Source: an uncultured Phycisphaerales bacterium (GTDB lineage: Bacteria > Planctomycetota > Phycisphaerae > Tepidisphaerales > Tepidisphaeraceae). Taken from it: DNA of 64,000 nucleotides. A program made the translations under genes and the position numbers. The stretch lies in assembly GCA_963844715.1 (NCBI GenBank), contig CAWJPJ010000005.1:32001-96000 (forward strand), written 5' to 3'. How positions within the stretch are numbered: the stretch's first letter is position 1; the number at the start of each line of letters is the position of its first letter. Shown piece after piece: positions 53,108 through 62,438 of the stretch. The notes beneath the pieces are model-generated. The model saw only the letters and a program-made list of their open reading frames with translations, was not told the DNA's origin and searched no databases.

Positions 53108-53986
53108 ATGAAACTTATTCTTCGCCGCATCTTACTCGTCATCGCTATTCTTCTCTGCGTCATCTTTGTAAGCGGCGTGTTCGCCTACCACCAATACCGC
53201 GCCATCCCCGATTGGTATGTCGAGCAACCCGTCAATCCTGCCGACCAAAAAATCGCCGCCAACAGCGCCGACCAGAAACTCGCCGATATGTTCAGTTGGG
53301 CCGCCGCCGTCCAGGCGTTTAACGCCCGCCAACTCCGCGGCGATCCAGGCCAATCGCCCGGCGACTCCAAAACCATCACGCTCTCCGACCAGGAACTCAA
53401 CGCGTTCCTCAACGCCTGGAACAATCCCGGCCTGAACAGCGTCGAAGACAAGCTCAGCCACTATTTCACGGAGGGTCGACTGGCGCTGGCCGGCGGGAAA
53501 CTCATCGTCGCCGGGAAATCCCGCGACCTCGGGGTCATCATCAGCGCTGCCCTCGAGCCCTCCGTCGATTCCTCCGGACAATTCCATTTGCAATGGGATG
53601 GCCTCTCCGCCGGCGAATTGAACATCCCGCGCGCCGCCTTCAGCTCGCGCCTGCGTGATGTGAACTCCCAGCTTCAGGACCAGCTGCAGCGCTACCAGGC
53701 GAGCGCCGACGTCGACAAAACCCTCATCGGCAACACAGCAGCCGTGCAGGCCGCCTTCACGCGCTGGATGCTCGACGCGATCAACGGTCAGGCCTCCGAC
53801 TCCACGGCGTTCATCCCCTTCGACGTCGGCAATTTTCAGACCGCCGAGGCCGTCAAACTCACCGCCGTCCAGGTCCAGGGCAGCTCCATCGCCCTGACTT
53901 TCCAAACCCTCTCGCCAGCTCAGCGCGAGGCGATTCTTTCCAGCCTCAGGCAGCCATATCCGGTCGCGACGGACGGTGAACGATGA
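53108..53986 (+). CDS. Hypothetical membrane-anchored protein
   Basis: N-terminal TM, PDWY, LSDQELNAFL. Confidence 0.7.
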   Translation: MKLILRRILLVIAILLCVIFVSGVFAYHQYRAIPDWYVEQPVNPADQKIAANSADQKLADMFSWAAAVQAFNARQLRGDPGQSPGDSKTITLSDQELNAFLNAWNNPGLNSVEDKLSHYFTEGRLALAGGKLIVAGKSRDLGVIISAALEPSVDSSGQFHLQWDGLSAGELNIPRAAFSSRLRDVNSQLQDQLQRYQASADVDKTLIGNTAAVQAAFTRWMLDAINGQASDSTAFIPFDVGNFQTAEAVKLTAVQVQGSSIALTFQTLSPAQREAILSSLRQPYPVATDGER

Positions 53987-54037
53987 CGACGTAACCAGTT
54001 ATGGCGAATTTGGGCGGGAGAGGTAAAATTCCGAGCC

Positions 54038-54433
54038 ATGCTTAATGCGAAGGAGCTGGCTACGATTGCGCAGGCGCGCCTCGGCGATGCAAAAGCATTG
54101 TTGCGGGGGAAGCGCTTCGACGGAGCGGCCTATTTGTGCGGATATGCAGTCGAAATTGCCGTTAAGGCCAGGATCGTGAAGACTTTGAAATGGCCGGGTT
54201 TTCCAGAAAAAGGCGGGGAGTTTGAAGGCCTGGCCAGCTTCAAAACTCATGATCTTCAAATGCTGCTGACGTTGAGCGGTTGGGAAGCTACCATTAACGG
54301 TAAATACCGAGCCGAGTGGTCGAAGGTGGTCAATTGGAAACCGGAATCGCGTTACCAGCGTCCTGGAAATGTGACGCACGTCGCGGCATCTGAAATGATC
54401 GAGAGCGCGCGAGTTCTTGTTGGAGTGTTATGA
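54038..54433 (+). CDS. HEPN-domain protein (putative toxin)
   Basis: DAKALL...AAYLCGYAVEIAVKA, THDL, W...RY pattern. Confidence 0.75.
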   Translation: MLNAKELATIAQARLGDAKALLRGKRFDGAAYLCGYAVEIAVKARIVKTLKWPGFPEKGGEFEGLASFKTHDLQMLLTLSGWEATINGKYRAEWSKVVNWKPESRYQRPGNVTHVAASEMIESARVLVGVL

Positions 54434-54822
54434 ACGCCACGATTAAAGAAAAGCTCAGCGAGTTGGCCGAGAAAATCGCCAAGGCGAAAAGGCCGCTTCA
54501 TTTTATGGCGTTGGTTCACCGCGAGAACATGGCGGACCGCTGGGACCTGCTTATCTCCTCGGATCAGTTATCCCCCTGGAGCCTGGACGCGATCAGATAC
54601 GTCGATTCGGAACTCAAGAAAACGCTAACCTCCGAGGAGGGCCTGACGATCGCCACGATTGTCCCGTTGGCCAAAGACAACGAGATTGTCGTACAGGCGC
54701 TCAAGCATGGTAACGTCCCGCCTCCGGTCTTGGTTGATGGGCTGCATCCGAGCGATTACTACAATCAGTGGGTTCTCCTTTGGCCGAAGAAGCTCGCCAC
54801 AAATGCGGCGCGAGCGGGCTAG
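54430..54822 (+). CDS. Hypothetical partner of the HEPN protein (putative antitoxin)
   Basis: ATGA overlap; RWDLLISS segment. Confidence 0.6.
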   Translation: MNATIKEKLSELAEKIAKAKRPLHFMALVHRENMADRWDLLISSDQLSPWSLDAIRYVDSELKKTLTSEEGLTIATIVPLAKDNEIVVQALKHGNVPPPVLVDGLHPSDYYNQWVLLWPKKLATNAARAG

Positions 54823-54913
54823 TCAAAGGAGACCCAGTCGCATGCTTCAGACTCCACCCTCAGAAGACAAATCTTTCGAGGCGGGCACAAGCTCGCTTTC
54901 CCGAAATATTTTC

Positions 54914-55687
54914 TTGAAGTTCGGACTATCTCTTCTTGTCCTGGCCTCTGTCGCTTCCGCGCAGACCACGGCGCCGACCACCGCGCCGACCACCGAACCC
55001 TCCCCCTACGTTCCTCCCGAGCAGTCCGCCACTCAGCCGATTATGCGCAGCCCCGGCGAACTGAAGATGCACAACCAGTTTATGCAACTCGTCGCCCAGG
55101 GGAACATCGACGTGGTTTTCCTCGGCGATTCCATCACCGATTTCTTCCGTCGCCCGGATCGCGGCAAAGCCGTCTGGGATCAATATTTTGCGCCGCTTAA
55201 AGCCGTGAATTTCGGGATCAGCGGCGACCGCATCCAAAACGTCCTCTGGCGAATCTCCCAGGGCGAACTTGACGGGTACCAGGCCAAAGTCATCGTCCTG
55301 ATGCTCGGCACCAACAATTTCTCCTCGCCGCCTAAAAGCGTCCGCAACACCAATGAAGAAACGATCGAGGGAATGAAACTCGTTGTCGCCGCGATTCGCG
55401 AGCATCAGCCGCAGGCCAAGCTCCTGCTACTGGGCATCTTCCCGCGCGGAAAAGACCCGACGAACATCTATCGTGGGGAAATCAAAGTAGTCAACGCGTT
55501 CCTCGCCACCCTCGACGACGGAAAACATATCTTCTACATGGACATCGGCGACAAATTCCTGAACCCTGACGGGTCCCTGAAAACCGAACTTTTCATCGAC
55601 AAGAATCTCCATCCGAACGCCGCGGGTTATCAGGTTTGGGCCGACGCCATCATCGGCAAGCTCAAAGACCTGCTGGCCCAGCCGTAA
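54914..55687 (+). CDS. Secreted GDSL/SGNH hydrolase
   Basis: Signal peptide; FLGDSIT, GISGD, GTNN, D.LHPN. Confidence 0.9.
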   Translation: MKFGLSLLVLASVASAQTTAPTTAPTTEPSPYVPPEQSATQPIMRSPGELKMHNQFMQLVAQGNIDVVFLGDSITDFFRRPDRGKAVWDQYFAPLKAVNFGISGDRIQNVLWRISQGELDGYQAKVIVLMLGTNNFSSPPKSVRNTNEETIEGMKLVVAAIREHQPQAKLLLLGIFPRGKDPTNIYRGEIKVVNAFLATLDDGKHIFYMDIGDKFLNPDGSLKTELFIDKNLHPNAAGYQVWADAIIGKLKDLLAQP

Positions 55688-55691
55688 CGAT

Positions 55692-56591
55692 ATGCTTACC
55701 CCCGGCATTCACCTGGTTCACAAACCCGTCGGCCCGACGAGTTTTTCGGTCGTCCAGAGTTTCCTCAAGGCGCAAACTCCCCACCCCGGCCATCGCCCGA
55801 ATCGCATCTGTCATGGCGGAACGCTCGACCCCTTCGCCCACGGGCTGCTCCTCATCCTCGTCGAACCCGCCACAAAACTCTTCGACTATCTCCACGCCAT
55901 CCCCAAAACCTACATCGCCACCGTCAAGTGGGGCACAGAAACCGACAACGGCGATCCGACAGGAAAAGTCACCTTCACCGGCGACCCAGCCCAATTAACT
56001 CCTGAGCTTTTGGAAGAATCCCTGCAAGAATTCCAAGGCTGGCAAGAACAAGTCCCCCACGCCACCAGCGCCAAGCGCATAGGCGGCGAGCGAGCCTACG
56101 AAAAATCCCATCGCGGCGAAGAAGTCATTATGTCACCATCCAAAGTCTACCTCCACCAGGCCCGCTGGCTCTCCCACAATCTCCCCCAAACCAGCCAGTT
56201 GGAAATGACCGTGAGAGGCGGATACTACGTGCGAGCCCTGGCCCGAGATCTCGGCCGTCAAGTCGGGTGCGGCGCCCATCTCAGTGAATTGCATCGCACA
56301 CAAATCGGCCCCTGGACCGACCCCGGCCCGGACAAAATCGTCTCGCTTCACGGGCGCGAAATCCTTCCCTGGGCGCCCGCTCGGATTTTGACCGATCAAG
56401 AAGTCGGCGATCTCCGAAAAGATCAGCCGATCCCAATTGGAGAGATTCTCCCGCCCGATTGGGCGATTCCAGAAAACTTCCCCGACCCGCAGGCGCCCGT
56501 TCGAGGGTTTCATCTCGACAAATTCTGCTTCCTATTGAAACGCGAGGCGGAAAGCCTGCGACTGTCCGTTCCTCTTCGCGGCGGAATTTAA
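55692..56591 (+). CDS. truB: tRNA pseudouridine(55) synthase family protein
   Basis: KPVGPTS, HGGTLDPFA.GLL, KTY, SAKRIGG.RAYE, G.YVRALARD.G, L.RT. Confidence 0.85.
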   Translation: MLTPGIHLVHKPVGPTSFSVVQSFLKAQTPHPGHRPNRICHGGTLDPFAHGLLLILVEPATKLFDYLHAIPKTYIATVKWGTETDNGDPTGKVTFTGDPAQLTPELLEESLQEFQGWQEQVPHATSAKRIGGERAYEKSHRGEEVIMSPSKVYLHQARWLSHNLPQTSQLEMTVRGGYYVRALARDLGRQVGCGAHLSELHRTQIGPWTDPGPDKIVSLHGREILPWAPARILTDQEVGDLRKDQPIPIGEILPPDWAIPENFPDPQAPVRGFHLDKFCFLLKREAESLRLSVPLRGGI

Positions 56592-56597
56592 AGCGTA

Positions 56598-56688
56598 TTT
56601 AGCCACAGATGGAATACAGATGGACACTGATGTAAATGCAATGCATTAGTTTTTTATCTGTGTGCATCTGTCCCCCATCTGTGGCAAA
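56598..56688. repeat. Palindromic element, family D
   Basis: tttagccacagatggaatacagatggacactgatg ... atctgtgtgcatctgtcccccatctgtggcaaa. Confidence 0.9.
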
Positions 56689-56695
56689 GAATTCT

Positions 56696-57394
56696 TTATT
56701 TTCTCTTCCGCATCACAAACAAATAATTAAATCCGCGCAGATAGTAATTCCCTTCTTCCGCCGCCGCCCGGTAGTTCCCCATCTTCAGCGTCTTGTTATG
56801 CCGAGTGACGGCGATTACGTCGATTGGGATCAGCCGCTTGCTCAATAGGGAGAACAATTCAAACCCAATCGGGAAAAATCCCTTCCCCTTCACGAACGAA
56901 TCGCAGACGTAAAGCCCCATATATCGCCCCGGCTTGAGCACCCGCGCGATTTCCGAAATCACCTGATCCATGGCGCTATAATACGCAGGCTCGGCCGCGT
57001 CGAGTTTCCCGATGCAGCGCGGATCATCCGAGTAATGAATATGAGTCGAGTAGGGGGGATCGATGAAAACAAAATCCGCCTTCTCGCTCTCCAGCGGCAG
57101 CTTCCGCGCATCGACGCGGTAGATGTCTTTTCGCGTCGGAGCCAGATCGTAGCCCAGCGCCCGCCGATCCAGATCGCGCGCGACATCCAACGTCGTCCCG
57201 CTCCCCGCGCAAGGATCGACGACCAGATCCTTAGGCTTGGTATACCGCTGCAAAAGATTCCAGATAATATAACTCGGCGTCGCCCCCTGATACCCCGGCA
57301 CGCCCTGCTCCCCCTCCCCGTAATCCTGCGAAGGATAATCCCACAACGTCGTCGCCTGAACCCTCAACTCCGGCTTCTTAAATTTCGCGCCCAA
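56696..57394 (-). CDS. SAM-dependent amino-methyltransferase (N6/N4 DNA MTase / TRM11-like)
   Basis: VDPCAGSGTT (motif I) and FIDPPY (motif IV). Confidence 0.8.
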   Translation of the reverse strand: MGAKFKKPELRVQATTLWDYPSQDYGEGEQGVPGYQGATPSYIIWNLLQRYTKPKDLVVDPCAGSGTTLDVARDLDRRALGYDLAPTRKDIYRVDARKLPLESEKADFVFIDPPYSTHIHYSDDPRCIGKLDAAEPAYYSAMDQVISEIARVLKPGRYMGLYVCDSFVKGKGFFPIGFELFSLLSKRLIPIDVIAVTRHNKTLKMGNYRAAAEEGNYYLRGFNYLFVMRKRK

Positions 57395-57401
57395 TTATCC
57401 G

Positions 57402-57471
57402 CTCCTAATCTTTCTCCGACTCTTACTCTTAATCCTCTTCGTAATCTTAATCATAATCTTAATCCTAATCT
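57402..57471. repeat. Hexamer array (TAATCT/TACTCT)
   Basis: cctaatctttctc..tcttactcttaatcctcttcgtaatcttaatcataatcttaatcctaatc. Confidence 0.88.
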
Positions 57472-58315
57472 CCCCCCGTCTTCCGCGCCTCCCTAGCCCG
57501 CGCCGCCGCCCGGCAATCGTCAATCCATTTCCGCAGCGCGTCCGCCTGTTCCTCCGTGCACACGATGTCGGCGTCGACGGCACAATTGCTGCCGGGAACA
57601 AAGATTCTGAGTCGATATCGTCCCGATTTCAGCGCGTCCAACTCGGCAACACCTACTCGGCTCCAGGCGGTCGCTGGATAAAACGCCTCATTTCGATCCG
57701 TGATCGCCGAATCAGAAATCAGCGCCAATCTCCTCCGAAACCGGCGCACGCGACCCAAAACCAAATCGCCACCCCCGCGAGGATTGGGCAGAAAATCCAA
57801 ACCCACGCTGCTGCAACATGACCCAGGAAGTGAGCCAAGAACAGCAATAGCGCTGCCGCCGTCGGAATGACCCAGCCGTGCGCCCGCAAAAGTTCCATTT
57901 CGAGCCCCGGCGTCGGAAGTGTGTCATATTGAACGCATGCTGCCCCGTTCATGCGGATCTGCGACCGCCCCGGAAACAAAAGTTTCTGCCGCCGTATCAA
58001 GTGGAACAACTTCGGCCCGACCAGCATCACGAGTACGAATAGCGGTCCGAGCCCCCTGACACTACCGCGCAAAATAATTGACTGCGGCAGGAACGCGAAT
58101 AGGAAAAACGCCAGGATCACCAGCAGCCACCACATTCTCGCGCCCCTGGCATTCCCCAAATGTTCCCGATACCCCCGGCCCCACCCATAAAGGACGATCT
58201 CATCCTGATCATTCTCGCGCCCGCACTCCGGACACTTTCCCCCCTCCGGCAATCCCACCAGCGAATAACCGCAGTTCGGACAAATCGTCGTCTTGAGACA
58301 GTTCGGAACCACCAT
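57465..58315 (-). CDS. Zn-ribbon membrane protein, paralog 2 (frameshift ~57790)
   Basis: CPNCGYSLVGLPEGGKCPECG; TMs; DRNEAFYPATAW. Confidence 0.75.
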
Positions 58316-58329
58316 CGTTCTCCCCCAGG

Positions 58330-58368
58330 ATCATAATCGTAATCATAATCTTAATCGTAATCGCAATC
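58330..58368. repeat. Hexamer array
   Basis: atcataatcgtaatcataatcttaatcgtaatcgcaatc. Confidence 0.9.
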
Positions 58369-58383
58369 CCCCGGATGACGGCT

Positions 58384-59217
58384 TCAACTCCGGGCCACAG
58401 CCACCCGATACGCGAGCCAATTCTTCAACTGTTCAGCCTGTTCAGCGCTGCAAAGGATTTCCGCCTCGATCAACATTTCCTCCGACTTTCCGCGTTCATT
58501 CTCGGAGATTTGTAAATGAAACCGGTGTTCCTTGACCCGGCGGAGTTCAAAAAATGCGATCTTCCTCCATGGCGTTGCCGGGAAATACGCCGCGTTCCGG
58601 TCGGCGATGGCTCCCGGCTCGAGCCGCCGGAGCTTCTTGCGGAATCGCCGGCAGTCCAAACCCTTGGCTAAACTTGCCACCAGAAGAATCGAAAAGGTTA
58701 TCCATCCCCAGGGTCGAGGGAAGCGGCCGGCCCAGCACAACACAAATATTGCGATCGCAGGTATTAGACTAAGCAGCCACCCGTGCGATTGATACAATTC
58801 CTCGTACAAAGACGGCTGAGGCAACGAATCAAATTGGACACGACTTCGCTCGTTAAGTCTGATCTGGACGCGGCCGGGAAAAGAGGTTTCGCGGCGGGCG
58901 AAAATTTCCCAAAGTTTGGGCCCCACGATCATCAAAACAAATAGAGTCGAGAGGAAGTCGGCCGGGCCTCTCATCCACCCCATTATTTTCAAGACTTGAA
59001 AAGTTATCACGGCTATCAATGGGGTAACGAACCAGATCGCTCGCGAGCCTTTGGCGGTGAGAAAAGTCTCCCGCCGTCCGCGGCCCCAGCCGTAAAGTAC
59101 GATCTCGGTTTGATCGTATGCCCGTCCGCATTCGGGGCAGGTTCCGGCTTCGGGCAAGCCCTGCAGCGAATACCCGCAGTTCGGACAAATCGTCGTCTTG
59201 AGAGAATCCGGAATCAC
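58384..59217 (-). CDS. Zn-ribbon membrane protein, paralog 1
   Basis: CPNCGYSLQGLPEAGTCPECG; TMs; DRNAAYFPATPW. Confidence 0.8.
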   Translation of the reverse strand: MIPDSLKTTICPNCGYSLQGLPEAGTCPECGRAYDQTEIVLYGWGRGRRETFLTAKGSRAIWFVTPLIAVITFQVLKIMGWMRGPADFLSTLFVLMIVGPKLWEIFARRETSFPGRVQIRLNERSRVQFDSLPQPSLYEELYQSHGWLLSLIPAIAIFVLCWAGRFPRPWGWITFSILLVASLAKGLDCRRFRKKLRRLEPGAIADRNAAYFPATPWRKIAFFELRRVKEHRFHLQISENERGKSEEMLIEAEILCSAEQAEQLKNWLAYRVAVARS

Positions 59218-59233
59218 TATCGTTCTCCGTCGG

Positions 59234-59358
59234 GTTCTTAATCATAATCGTAATCATAATCTTAATCGTAATCGCGATTTCTCCCGCGCCCTCGATTCCC
59301 GCCCCATCGGAAAGTCGCGATTAAGATTATGATTACGATTATGATTAAGATTAAGAAC
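59234..59358. repeat. Complete inverted pair of hexamer arrays ('empty' element)
   Basis: gttcttaatcataatcgtaatcataatcttaatcgtaatcgcga ... tcgcgattaagattatgattacgattatgattaagattaagaac. Confidence 0.92.
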
Positions 59359-59369
59359 AGGAGCCAGCC

Positions 59370-60578
59370 ATGAGCAAAGTCCGAGTCCTTGTCGGCACGA
59401 AGAAGGGGGCCTTTGTCATCAACTCCGACGGCAAGCGCAAAAAATGGGAAATCAACGGCCCATTCTTCGGCGGCTGGGAGCTTTATCACCTCAAAGGGTC
59501 ACCAGCCGACCCCAATCGGATCTATGCGTCCCAATCCAGCGGCTGGTTCGGACAGCAGGTTCAGCGCTCCAGCGACGGCGGGAAAACATGGGAAGCGGTC
59601 GGAAATAAATTCGCCTATGAAGGCGCGCCCGGCTCACATCTCTGGTATGACGGAAAGCCTCATCCCTGGGAATTCAAGCGAGTCTGGCATTTCGAGCCGT
59701 CCCTGAACGATCCCGACACGGTTTACGCCGGCGTGGAAGATGCCGCCTTGTTTCGCTCGACTGACGGCGGAAAGAATTGGCACGAACTCCCGGCCCTGCG
59801 CGAGCACGCCACCGGTCCCAAGTGGCAACCCGGCGCGGGTGGCATGTGTCTGCACACCATTCTTATCGATCCGAAGAATCCCGATCGAATGTATATCGCC
59901 ATTTCCGCGGCCGGCGCCTTTCGCACCGATGATGGCGCAAAATCGTGGAAGCCGATCAATCGCGGGCTCGTGTCGAACTTTATGCCCGATCCCACCGCCG
60001 AGGTCGGGCATTGCGTCCATCACGTCGCCATGCATCACTCCAAGCCCGATGTCCTCTTCATGCAAAAGCACTGGGACGTGATGCGCAGCGACAACGCCGG
60101 GGATACTTGGAAGGAAGTCAGCGGAAATTTGCCGACCGATTTCGGCTTTGCTATCGACGTCCATGCCCACGAACCCGAGACGATTTACGTCGTCCCCATC
60201 AAGAGCGACTCCGAGCATTATCCCCCCGACGGAAAGCTGCGCGTCTACCGCAGCCGCACAGGCGGAAACGAATGGCAGCCGCTGACCCGCGGACTCCCGC
60301 AAAAAGACTGCTACGTCAACGTCCTTAGAGACGCCATGTCCGTCGATTCACTGGATCAATGCGGAATCTATTTCGGCACCACCGGCGGCCAGGTTTATGC
60401 CTCCGCCGACGCGGGAGAGACATGGAACGCCATCGCCCAAAATTTGCCGGCGGTTTTGTCGGTGGAGGTCCAAACGCTGCCTTCGAACGGCGAAAATATA
60501 AGGCGGATTAAGATTAAGAGTAGGATTAAGATTAGGAAGAAGAGTAAGAGCAAGAGAAAGAATGGGAGGGTGAGATGA
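59370..60578 (+). CDS. BNR/Asp-box beta-propeller (sialidase-like) protein with repeat-derived basic tail
   Basis: Multiple S.DGG.[TN]W Asp-boxes; VGTKKG start; GGAG RBS. Confidence 0.9.
   Translation: MSKVRVLVGTKKGAFVINSDGKRKKWEINGPFFGGWELYHLKGSPADPNRIYASQSSGWFGQQVQRSSDGGKTWEAVGNKFAYEGAPGSHLWYDGKPHPWEFKRVWHFEPSLNDPDTVYAGVEDAALFRSTDGGKNWHELPALREHATGPKWQPGAGGMCLHTILIDPKNPDRMYIAISAAGAFRTDDGAKSWKPINRGLVSNFMPDPTAEVGHCVHHVAMHHSKPDVLFMQKHWDVMRSDNAGDTWKEVSGNLPTDFGFAIDVHAHEPETIYVVPIKSDSEHYPPDGKLRVYRSRTGGNEWQPLTRGLPQKDCYVNVLRDAMSVDSLDQCGIYFGTTGGQVYASADAGETWNAIAQNLPAVLSVEVQTLPSNGENIRRIKIKSRIKIRKKSKSKRKNGRVR
60506..60560. repeat. Hexamer array upstream of the four-helix-bundle gene
   Basis: gattaagattaagagtaggattaagattaggaagaagagtaagagcaagagaaag. 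Confidence 0.88.
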
Positions 60579-60973
60579 TGGCTGACTCAGAGAGCGGGTT
60601 TGACCATGAAAGGCTCGAGGTCTATCGGGAGGCGATAGCTTTCAATGCGTGGCTTTCCAGTGTTCTGGAAGAGGCGGTGCGCGTCGGAGATGTCAAAGAC
60701 CAACTCGACCGTGCCTCCACTTCAATTCCACTCAACATCGCCGAGGGAAATGGAAAATACTCCCCCAAAGATCGGTGTCGGTTTTTCGAGATCACACATG
60801 GATCCGCGCTCGAATGCGCGGCGGGTTTGGATGTACTTGTCGCCAAGGCGAAGTTGACGCCGGAACAGATTCGACCTGGGAAGGCGGCTCTTCAGAAAAT
60901 CGTGCGAATGCTGATGGGGTTGATTAAACGGAACTCGACTCGAGATTACAAGCCGGAGGCCGAAGAGGATTAG
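60575..60973 (+). CDS. Four-helix-bundle protein (23S rRNA IVP / TIGR02436 family)
   Basis: [41 protein letters not shown]. Confidence 0.93.
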   Translation: MMADSESGFDHERLEVYREAIAFNAWLSSVLEEAVRVGDVKDQLDRASTSIPLNIAEGNGKYSPKDRCRFFEITHGSALECAAGLDVLVAKAKLTPEQIRPGKAALQKIVRMLMGLIKRNSTRDYKPEAEED

Positions 60974-61027
60974 GATTAAGAGTAAGATTAAGATTATGAA
61001 GATGATTAAGAGAAAGATTATGATTAA
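60967..61027. repeat. Hexamer array downstream of the four-helix gene (interrupted by IS)
   Basis: ggattaggattaagagtaagattaagattatgaagatgattaagagaaagattatgattaa. Confidence 0.9.
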
Positions 61028-61921
61028 GAGCCTCTAACAAAAATGCACTTCCCCATGTTTATGGTTGATCGGACAATACGGCTTGGTCTTAGCCATGGAG
61101 GGCTTTATGACCAAGCCGTTGGTGACCGACGAGCTTTGGGAGTTGATCCGACCCCTGCTTCCCAAGCACCGCAGTGGTCCAGGAAAGCGCGGCCGGCCGC
61201 CGCTGGACGATCGCGCGGCGTTGTCGGGTATTCTGTTCGTGCTCAAAACCGGCATTCCGTGGGAATACCTTCCCCAGGAGATGGGATGCGGCAGCGGCAT
61301 GAGTTGCTGGCGTCGACTGCGCGATTGGAACCATCGTGGGGTTTGGACGAAGCTGCACGGACTATTGCTGAATCGATTGCGGCGGTCGAATGCCATCGAC
61401 TGGTCGCGGGCCTTGGTGGATTCTGCTTCCGTGCGGGCCGTGCACGGGGGAAAAAAACGGGTCCGAGCCCGGTAGATCGCAGGAAAAACGGTTCCAAGCA
61501 CCATGTATTGACCGATGGCAACGGCACGCCGATGGTTGCCCTCCTGACGGCGGCCAACCGCCACGACATCACGCAACTGCTGCCGCTGATCGATGCGATT
61601 CCAAAGGTCTCGGGCAAACCGGGCCGGCCGCGCTGGCGGTTCGAGGTGGTGCAGGGAGACCGGGCGTATCACTCCGAACCGCACCGAAAGGCGTTGCGTC
61701 AGCGTGGCAGCCGCCCGTTGCTGGCCCGACGCAACCGCCCGCACGGAAGTGGTCTTGGCAAAACCCGCTGGCCGGTGGAGCGTACGCTGAGTTGGTTGCA
61801 TCAGAATCGCCGACTGCGAGTCCGTTACGAAAAACGGCCCGACATCCACGCCGCGTTCATGACCGTGGGTGAGGCAATGATCTGTTGGAACAGGCTTCAT
61901 TCGCATTTTTGTTAGAGGCTC
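61028..61921 (+). mobile_element. IS5-family insertion sequence (IS427-like two-ORF organisation), 894 bp
   Basis: Perfect 19-bp TIRs gagcctctaacaaaaatgc; TAA on both flanks (61025-27, 61922-24). Confidence 0.95.
61107..61915 (+). CDS. IS5 transposase, -1 frameshift at G5A7 (61446-61457)
   Basis: ORF1 DELW..GRPP..GIPW..LP; ORF2 GSKHH, GDRAY, RWPVERT..W..RRL..RYE. Confidence 0.92.
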
Positions 61922-61973
61922 TAAGATTCGGATGACCCGACGCGTCTAACTGGCCCGCCGCCCGCACCAGCCG

Positions 61974-62055
61974 ATCCTAATCTTTCTCTTACTCTTAATC
62001 TTACTCATCTTCATAATCTTACTCTTACTCTTACTCTTACTCTTAATCCTAATCC
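61974..62055. repeat. Hexamer array, inverted relative to 60967-61027
   Basis: Reverse complement begins ggattaggattaagagtaaga, identical to the start of the 60967 arm. Confidence 0.9.
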
Positions 62056-62074
62056 GACTTCTCCCCACATTCCG

Positions 62075-62438
62075 ATGATCCGCGTACTATTACCCCAACA
62101 TCTCCGCACCCTGGCCAACGCGGACGCCGAATTGAAACTCGAAGTCCCCACCCCAGTCACCCAGCGAAAAATCCTCAATGCGCTCGAAGCCAAATACCCC
62201 GTCCTCAAAGGCACAATCCGAGATCACGGTAAAACCGAACGCCGGCCTTTGGTCCGGTTCTTCGCCTGTGGCGAAGACCTCTCTAACGAATCGCCTGATG
62301 CGCTTTCTTCCCGAAGCTGTGGCCAACGGCAGGGAACCTTTCATCATCCTCGGCGCCATCGCTGGCGGAAACGCGCGGAAACCCGAAACCAGAAATCCGA
62401 ATGACGAATCAATTCCGAATGCCCGAATGCTCGAATGA
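62075..62438 (+). CDS. MoaD/ThiS family ubiquitin-like protein (frameshift ~62305)
   Basis: [33 protein letters not shown]. Confidence 0.85.

Noticed and set aside
60575..60973. Diversity-generating retroelement (Avd-like gene)
   Set aside because: No reverse transcriptase and no TR/VR pair differing at adenines in the window.
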